Below the pieces are notes generated by a model. It was not told the DNA's origin, did no database searches, and saw only the letters and a list, made by a program, of their open reading frames with translations. The position numbers and the translations under genes were made by a program. DNA of 64,000 nt from positions 1,820-65,819 of IMG/VR virus record IMGVR_UViG_3300037467_001075. One strand, 5' to 3'. Shown here in pieces: positions 63,899-64,000 of this stretch (position 1 is the stretch's first letter; every line of letters begins with the position of its first letter). Source of the DNA: a virus. Its lineage: Duplodnaviria > Caudoviricetes.

Positions 63899-64000
63899 AT
63901 GATCGTGATTGAGGGTATGGATAACTCTGGCAAGAGCACACTTGCGCAGAGCCTGGCTGATTATATGGAACTGATCGTTCAAGAAAGTGAAGGGCCGCCA
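63899..64000 (+). CDS. Thymidylate/dNMP-kinase-like P-loop protein (3' truncated)
   Basis: MIVIEGMDNSGKSTLA. Confidence 0.8.
   Translation, partial: MIVIEGMDNSGKSTLAQSLADYMELIVQESEGPP

Larger units (their letters stand above)
1..64000. mobile_element. Near-complete tailed (siphovirus-like) bacteriophage genome, apparently lytic, probable alphaproteobacterial host
   Basis: Terminase, portal, prohead protease, capsid, tail tube, tape measure, tail tip, lysis and replication genes all present; no host housekeeping genes or integrase; nucleotide-metabolism genes cut at both edges suggest a permuted genome. Confidence 0.95.

Overview
The window is almost a whole ~58% GC lytic siphophage genome (apparently circularly permuted; genes are cut at both edges), most likely infecting an alphaproteobacterium given its GTA/phiCbK-like tail tip genes and CtrA-like regulator. 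Layout: + strand nucleotide-metabolism/replication block (1-12.9 kb: two thymidylate-synthase homologues, dCMP deaminase, UDG-fused PolA, PD-(D/E)XK exonuclease, Sak4-like ATPase, SSB, VRR-NUC, SNF2 helicase, regulators, spanins, DnaJ); - strand virion/lysis operon (12.9-38.2 kb); mixed block with ThyX, DUF1643, MazG-like protein and DNA ligase (38.3-45 kb); - strand early region of small genes (45-61.3 kb) interrupted by a repeat-rich non-coding island (54.1-54.9 kb); primase-helicase and the start of a dNMP kinase. No integrase, tRNA or CRISPR array was seen. Top leads: (1) a probable cytosine-modification pathway built on two tandem TS-fold enzymes that both carry the dCMP-type Asp, with dTMP supplied by ThyX, plus local avoidance of CC/CT (GG/AG) steps in early regulatory DNA; (2) a covarying 5' leader hairpin at a fixed position in seven sigma70 promoters together with five paralogous HTH proteins; (3) a receiver-less CtrA-like protein with a matching TTAA promoter class. 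All functional calls are from motif recognition by eye, with no database search.
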